64,000 nucleotides of DNA, taken from assembly GCF_006345805.1 (NCBI RefSeq), contig NC_043001.1:85250001-85314000 (forward strand). Reading direction: 5' to 3'. Shown piece by piece: positions 56,139-64,000 of this stretch. The notes beneath the pieces were generated by a model. It saw nothing but the letters and a program-made list of their open reading frames with translations, ran no database searches and was not told the origin of the DNA. Within the stretch, counting starts at the first letter, position 1. The number at the start of each line of letters is the position of its first letter. Source of the DNA: Octopus sinensis. Taxonomy: Eukaryota. The position numbers and the translations under genes are program-made.

Positions 56139-57432
56139 TACTACTACTACTAATATAGGATGAAGTTTTTTTTACAGAAAAAAATTCCATCAAAAAATTG
56201 ACGATCTAAAAGTCTGTTATCAGCATATTGGTATAGAAATAATTTTCTTTAGACCTTATTTATAAGTTATATATATATATATGGTCGGCCTGGGGCTATA
56301 GTAGAATACATTCACCCAAGGTGCCAGGCCGTAGCACTGATCCCGGGCCCATATTGTTGGGAAGGAAACTACTTACAGCTACTCTTGCGCCTACAGTTAT
56401 TTTTTCTATTTACTAGAGGTTAAAAAAAATCACGTTTGTTGCAAAATGTAAACCACAAACATAGTGCCCATCAGTCTAACTAATTTACGAAACAGCCAAA
56501 TGTAATAGCGATAACATTCCAGAATACATGTATGATAGCTTTTGGCGGCTAAGGAAACGAGTAATGGAACTGGAGATAAAAATAGAGCGAAAGTGTGGGA
56601 TAGAGAGAGAAACAAATTGGAAAAGCGACAGAAAGAGCAAGAAAAATAGAACAAATTTGTAAGCTAAAGAAAAAGTTCTGTAACTGAATTTAGTATTGAA
56701 ACAGTGATGTAATAAATGTAATAGAAACTACAGCGGATGTTGTAAAGTAAATGAGTTAAGTACGTTTCGTTGGATGTTTAATATCCAATGAAGAATGCGA
56801 AATGTGCTATGTGAGAAGTAAATGTATATGTCCATTAGTTTTTAAATGCCCCTTAATGGTTGTATGTAAGTGTAGAACTACAGGGATTGAAATCCTTGCA
56901 AATCGATAATAATGATAAAAATAGTAATAATAATAGTAATAATAATAATAATGATAATAATAGAGCGAAAAAAGACACTCAAACGTTCGGAACAAACATA
57001 AGCCATAGGGTAGAATTGAAAATGAAGACTACCAAAAATAGAATTGCTTTTAACACGGAAGAATTCACTTAGCATCATTCAATTAGCTTTTAGAATGTTT
57101 AGATTGATACACAAACTCCAAGTTGTTTACACGCTTTGTATAAAAGAGAGTGTTATTTTGTGTGGAGCCGGTTCCAGAAAGAGCTTTATGGGATATGTTC
57201 AAGCATTTATGTATGTATGTATGTATGTATGTATGTATGTATGTATGGATGGATGGATGGATGGATGGATGGATGCATGTAAGTATGTATGTATGTATGT
57301 ATGTATGTATGTATGTATGTATGCATGTATGCATGTACCTATCTATGTGTGTTTGTATGTATGCATGTATGCATGATGTATATATGCATATTTGCATGTA
57401 TTTTTCTTGTATATGCCCACACATACACGTAC

Positions 57433-57478
<46 letters not shown>

Positions 57479-57765
57479 TGTGTGTGTGTGTGTGTGTCTG
57501 TATACATACATGCACATATTTATTTATATTGTATTTCTAAATATATAGTTAATATATATATGTATATATTTATAAGCATACGTACGTATATATATCTATT
57601 ATATACATGTAAAAAATTATATATAATGTTTACATATGTATATATATATGTGTGTGTGTGTGCGTGTGTGTGTGTATCTGAGTGTATGCGCACGTGTGTT
57701 ACTGTATGTTGTATCTATATGTTTATACACGTGTGCATATAAGTGTACATATATACACATGTATG

Positions 57766-57816
<51 letters not shown>

Positions 57817-58305
57817 TCAAGTTATCATACGTAGTACTTTTAGCGTTATAAAAGTTTGCTTTAGAGACTAATTTTGCCCCTTGAGTGTTCCATATTGCTG
57901 CAAAATTGTCATTATGCGTTTAATAATATAAATCGAGTGTATGCACTTGTAGATATTAAACTACATATAGAATTGAAGTAGCTCAGTTATTGATAAATTT
58001 TCAATGTGTTTGGTGTATGTATCAAAAGAAAAAAAAACACTACATGTGTGTGTGTGTGTGTGGTGTGTGTGTGTGTACCAGAGTAAGCTCATTAATGTGA
58101 AACAAGGCAGAAAAAAAAGTACGGGAATAGCGGAGGTAGAGTAATATGATTTATTAATAAATTTCCAAAGGCATCGTAACAACTGTTACTCAGAGTTTCA
58201 CGCCCCCGTTCGTCGGACACCTTTGGTTGAGATCGCAACAAAAGCTATCCGACGAAAGGGAACTCAGCGTAACAGTTTTTCTGATGTCTTTGCAGCTTCA
58301 TTAAA

Positions 58306-58362
<57 letters not shown>

Positions 58363-58832
58363 GTGTGTGTGTGTTTGTGTGTGTGTGTGCGTGTGTGTAT
58401 GTGTGTGTGTGTGCGTATGTATGTATGTATGTATATATATACGCTATAACCTCACACCCAACATAGCCTTGTGAGTGGATTTCGCACGCAGAAACTGAAA
58501 GAAGACTGTCATACAGATGTGTGTATTTGTGTGTGGAGGAGAAGTTTGGGTGTTACTGGATGTGTGTCTGTGTTTATACGCCTACCTTCGCTTCATCCGA
58601 TGTTGTGTTTGCGTCCCCATAACTTAACCGTTTGGCAAAACACACGGATAGAAAAAGTACTAGGCTTACAAAAAATAAATCTTAGTATCAATTTCTTCGA
58701 CTAAAAGCGGTGCTCCAGCATAGCCGCAGTCACATGATCAAAGCAAGTAAAACAATATAGATATATAGATAGATAAATAGATTGATTGATTGATTGATTG
58801 ATAGAGAATTCTAATCTTTCTAAATGTATGTA

Positions 58833-58878
<46 letters not shown>

Positions 58879-59391
58879 AATAAAAGTAGAGTCATGTCTA
58901 TTTAAAACAAGTCTTGCTTTAAACAGACATGAATCTAGGAACAGTTATATATTACGAACACGACACCTTTGTAATTCTAACGTGGTTGTAGATAATATTT
59001 CCTTTCCTTAATGTTTGCTACTAGCGAATACTTTCTGACAACCCAGATTATTAAAATGAATTTATTGTCTTTATGTATGAAACGATCGGATAGCTATATA
59101 AATAAAAATAAATTCAATCCATATTAACATGTAATCTCCATTCCGTTTGAATTTCATGAACTTTGTTTATATAAGTGTAATCATATACTTAATATATTAT
59201 ATATAAGTTTTCATATCTACGCTAATTTACATTATTAAATTAAAGTAAAGTATGAAGAAACAACGTTAGAAATCTTTTGGAAACTACTCCAATTAAAGCA
59301 TGAAGTCACATTCAACCCTTATTATACATATGTATCTATCTATCTATATATATGTAAATGAATGTGTGTATACATATACATGTATATATAT

Positions 59392-59472
<81 letters not shown>

Positions 59473-59640
59473 TATATATATACATATTAATATATATGTA
59501 TATATAAGGAAATAAATGGAGTTGAACGCAGATATTATTCAAATTCTTTTACATACAGCATGTGTTTCGAAGACAACATTTGTTTTATTCCACCGGAATA
59601 AATGGTGTAAACTAACGTAATTGTTGAGATGGGTTCTCTT

Positions 59641-59732
59641 TCTTTCCTGATGAGAAGATTATATTAGTTTACACTATTTATTTCTTTGGAATAAAGCCAA
59701 TGTCGTCTTCGAAACATAACTGCAAAAAAAGG
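59641..59732 (+). ncRNA. Type I hammerhead motif with mutated cleavage triplet
   Basis: ucuuuc CUGAUGA GAAGAU...GUCUUC GAAACA uaac UGCA; GCA instead of GUA; inverted partial copy at 59554-59622. Confidence 0.6.
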
Positions 59733-59750
59733 ATACTTCATTCATTCATT

Positions 59751-59796
<46 letters not shown>

Positions 59797-60424
59797 TAGA
59801 ATTTGATTCATGCAGAAGCTCTGAATTATTTCACGGTCTTAATACATATACTACTCTGTAAATTAGATAAACAATTTCCATTATATCGGAGTCGCCATAA
59901 AATTAGCAAATCGCAGTAAACAACTAAGGTTTATTAGACAAAGTTGATTACTAAAACAACAGAATCGTCAAATCGAAGCTGTATTCGTCCTAATTTAACT
60001 CATATTGTAACCATTGCGTTTAACTGTTACAATGGCTTTAAGCTGCATAGTTTCGGAAACGTGTCACATAACGTTTTCAATTTTTCCCGTAATATAAATG
60101 CGGTATGATTATACAAGAAAATCGTCTAGTCGATCCATCTATCCATCCCTCTACATTATACACACAACCCTTACACATACATACAAAGAAAGACAACGAT
60201 GGTGAGTAAGTGGCACAAGGTACATATATTTGGTATAAAGTAGCAATAAAAAATGTGTGCCTGACTGTGTAAAGCATATCTTTTATTATGTCCAGAGTGT
60301 CAGAGACGGAACGTTGAAAAACAAGGTTGTGCTATTTTGTTATTGTCTGCACTCACATTTCCTATAGATAAACACTGCTGATACATTATAAGATCTTTAT
60401 AAATTATATATATATATATTATAT

Positions 60425-60457
<33 letters not shown>

Positions 60458-60510
60458 GCGTGTGTATGTGTGTTTGTATTTATATATGTATATATATGTT
60501 TATATATATC

Positions 60511-60572
<62 letters not shown>

Positions 60573-61410
60573 GCATTTCGCTTGTGTTTATACGTGTGTC
60601 GGTTTATTGCGTGTGCGTTCGTGTTTGTGACTATGTGTTTATTTACGTGTAAATCTATGTTATTCTATACAGTATTTTGTCATTCTATGAATAAGAATCA
60701 GCTCTTTCAGCCATGTAGTATAAAAAACGTGACAGAAACACTTTTCAACAATTCCCTGGTTTTCCAGCTAATAACTTTGATAACTTTTGTGTTGTATTCT
60801 ATTATTTAAACTGTACTAAATCTATAAAATTCCTGTATTAACGTTTTCAGTGTGCTTCGCTACTTTCAAAGAATTGTTACAATTCACTAAGATCAAATTC
60901 TCGTATCATATTGCTCGTTTTAAGCGTACATACTGATTATCAGCTTTTAGATTGTTGAAGTGGATAGTTACAATTTCTTAGATTTTCTCGTCTTGACGAT
61001 AGGGGTTGAGTGCAGTGATAGTGAGGTAATACTGTTAGTTGTAGTATTGGCAACAGTGGTAATATTTATGGCTGTTATCAATGACTTAGTGGTTCTACTT
61101 ACAGTCGCCAGATCTAGGTTTCGATTCACGGGTCAGCGTATTCGTTATGAGCAAAAACTTATTTTCAAATTGCTTTGTGGTCGTTCCGACAGTTTGACAT
61201 CTTGCACACCGCGCACCTCTAAAGTAAATGTCGATTCAATGAAAGGCAGTTTCATAATGCGCAGTTCAAACATTTGATTATTGTGAACAAATAATCTCCA
61301 CACGTTGTGAAGCCAGAAATTTCAGAACCCTCCTCTATGGTCTATGAGAGAAGTGTCCCCGGTGGCAGCTATTATTGGCAAGGATGTTGTCGGTAATAAT
61401 GGCAGATGAA

Positions 61411-61643
61411 GGCGGCGAGCTGGCAGAAACGTTAGCACGCCGGCCGAAATGCGTAGCCGTATTTCGCCTGCCGTTACGTTCTGAGGTCAAATTCCGCCGA
61501 GGTCGACTTTGCCTTTCATCCTTTCGGGGTCGATAAATTAAGTAACAGTTACGCACTGGAGTCAATGTGATCGGCTTAATCCGTTTTTCTGTCCTTGCTT
61601 GTCCCCTCTGTGTTTAGCCCCTTGTGAGTAGTAAAGAAATAGG
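61411..61643 (+). mobile_element. Full-length monomer of tRNA-SINE family 2
   Basis: GGCGGCGAGCTGGCAGAAACG...GTAAAGAAATAGGT, little divergence from the other copies. Confidence 0.88.
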
Positions 61644-62215
61644 TAATAATGGCAGTGTTTAGTGCTAAAGTGTTAGCGGTTAGAGTAGTAATAGTCATCG
61701 TGAATGTGTCGTTGAAAATAATAATTTCACAGCGGATCTTTGGTAGTTTTAGCTGTGATAGTGATTGTATCAGTAGTGATAATAAATATTTTTGTGATAG
61801 CCGCAGATGCAATGGCCGTAGTCGATATAATAGAATAGTTTGTAATGTTTTGGTGATGCGCATGTACAGCAAATAAGTTCATTGATCTGAAATCCAATGC
61901 TGATAGTGCTATTTTAATAATCTAGGAACGCAAAATCTGATAAATTCACTTTTCTTGAGGTGTCAGTAAATTTGGTTGCACACATTTATCGATTATTTTT
62001 CTTCCTTCTTTTCATTATTTTAGTCATTCGACTGTGGTCATGCTGGGACATGACCCTGAAGAGTTTAGTTAAAGAGATTGCAACCAGTACTGAGTTTTCG
62101 AAATGTCTCGTACATATTCTATCTGTCTCGATCGCCGATACGATAAGTTACATTGATGTACATAAACGAACACCGACACATACACATCCGCGCACACACT
62201 CACATATGTATAGTA

Positions 62216-62269
<54 letters not shown>

Positions 62270-62935
62270 TGATTGATAGATAGATATATACATAGATAGG
62301 TATATAGATAGATTGATAGATAGATAGATACGGCAAGCTTTTTCAGTTTTTATCAACCAGATCCACTCACAAGGCTCTGGTCTGCTCAGGGCTATCATTG
62401 AAGACGTTACCACGCAGTAGGGCCCGAACACGGAACTATGTGGTTGGGAAGCAAACTTCTTGCTGCAGAGCAACAACCGTGCCTATATAGTCAAATAGTC
62501 TCAGTTTCATACAGTACATATTGTTAATGTTACAAATTCATTTGAGACCGACTTTGCCTTTCATCCTTTCGAGATCGATAGAATAAGTACCAGTTGAGCA
62601 CTGGGGTCGATGTAATCGACTTATCCCCTTCCTCCAAATTTCTGGCCTTTTGTAAAAATTTGAAACCAATGTTACTAATACGGTTTCGGTAGAGAAATGT
62701 TGGAGGGGGATATATCGGTTGTGATAATGCCGTAGTACTCTTGTGAGGTTAGTATCGTTGACGTTTTCTGCTGGGAGCCTTTCTTAGGCTGCCATGCTCG
62801 TTCATGTGGTACTTAGGTCAAAAGAATGCAAATGATTGTGATCTATAGAATTAGCAATCCGGATACATAAATCGTTTCGTGAATGATCGTTCATGTAGTC
62901 TAAGTAGACTGAACATACTGTTTGTACATCATTGA

Positions 62936-63418
62936 AGGCGTCGAGCTGGCAGAAACGTTAGCACGCCGGGCGAAATGCTTCGCGGTATTTCGTCTGCCGC
63001 TATAATCGATTTAATCCATTTTTCTGTCCTTATTTGTCCTCTCTGTGTTTAGCCCCTTGTGGGTAGTAAAGACATAGGTATTTCGTCTGCCGCTATAATC
63101 GATTTAATCCGTTTTTCTGTCCTTATTTGTCCTCTCTGTGTTTAGCCCCTTGTGGGTAGTAAAGACATAGGTATTTCGTCTGCCGCTATAATCGATTTAA
63201 TCCGTTTTTCTGTCCTTATTTGTCCTCTCTGTGTTTAGCCCCTTGTGGGTAGTAAAGACATAGGTATTTCGTCTGCCGCTATGTTCTAAGTTCAAATTCC
63301 GCCGAGGTCGACTTTGCCTTTCATCCTTACGCACTGGTGTCGATATAATCGACTTAATCCGTTTGTCTGTCCTTATTTGTCCTCTTTGTGTTTAGCCCCT
63401 TGTGGGTAGTAAAGAAAT
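62936..63418 (+). mobile_element. SINE family 2 with an internal 93-bp tandem array
   Basis: Units start at 62985, 63078, 63171, 63264; the first three are almost identical and lack the B box and core. Confidence 0.88.
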
Positions 63419-64000
63419 GCACACTGTTTGTACATCAGTTATAAGGGTGACCATATAGGACACGCAGATGGGATGGTTGCAAACAGAACACAATAGTTTT
63501 ACCACCAAGACAACCACTGAGGTCATATGAACTTTTATAAATATAATGCTGTCTTTATTATTACTCTCCTTCCCGACTGATCAAAACATTACACAATTCC
63601 TTTGATGTTAGATTGTATTTGGTTTGATAGTGTCGTAGTGAGTTGGGATAAAATTTATATAAATGTTTCTGGTAAGTAGCGTGGCTGCTGTTGTTGCGTA
63701 ATCTCATGCCTGGCTTGATCTCTTACACATTTAAATCATACGATGTTGCTAGCATCGTCTGTTGTAATATCTACACATGATACTGCATTGAAGATTACTT
63801 AGACATGCCCCGCATTTTAGCAAAGGAGTGATTTAAATTGGATCAGGACAATTGTATTTGCTATAATATTATAGTACGAAATAGTGTCAGAGCAAACTTA
63901 TACTTGATATGATCTGTATTCAGAGAATAAAATAAATATTTTAGAATTTTAATCGACACAGTAGACACACCAGTGGTGGTCGTGAAACTGGCGTTGCTGT

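Noticed and set aside
62985-63280. Regularly spaced repeats resembling a CRISPR array (also 11515-11666)
   Set aside because: Units are contiguous and near-identical with no unique spacers; SINE-derived or minisatellite in a eukaryote; no cas genes
55311-64000. Last exon of S-crystallin B
   Set aside because: I found no acceptor followed by an M(T/M)xxD-MMCY-like frame by eye; it presumably lies beyond 64000 (gene A's equivalent intron is 7 kb). A tBLASTn with gene A exon 6 would settle it

Overview
Eukaryotic, AT-rich, microsatellite-saturated DNA that looks cephalopod, most likely Octopus (inferred from the genes and SINE families). The window holds two tandem, same-strand (+) S-crystallin genes (lens proteins derived from sigma-class glutathione S-transferase). 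Gene A has exons 2-6 at 4778-23015, with exon 1 upstream of the window. Gene B has exons 1-5 at 39219-55310, and its last exon was not found in the window. Intron positions and phases are identical in both genes, and each has a 30-33 nt in-frame microexon encoding the S-crystallin-specific loop. Introns and the intergenic region contain decayed transposons: Tx1/L1, RTE and CR1-type LINEs, Penelope-like pieces, a hAT (Charlie/Buster), a Helitron, a near-full-length mariner and three tRNA-SINE families. The least expected signal is about 15 type-I hammerhead-ribozyme-like motifs from several families, many abutting (TA)n tracts and some in tandem or inverted pairs (Penelope/retrozyme-like). Almost all ORFs in the supplied track are microsatellite artefacts. 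Everything was read by eye; exon boundaries are exact, repeat boundaries approximate.
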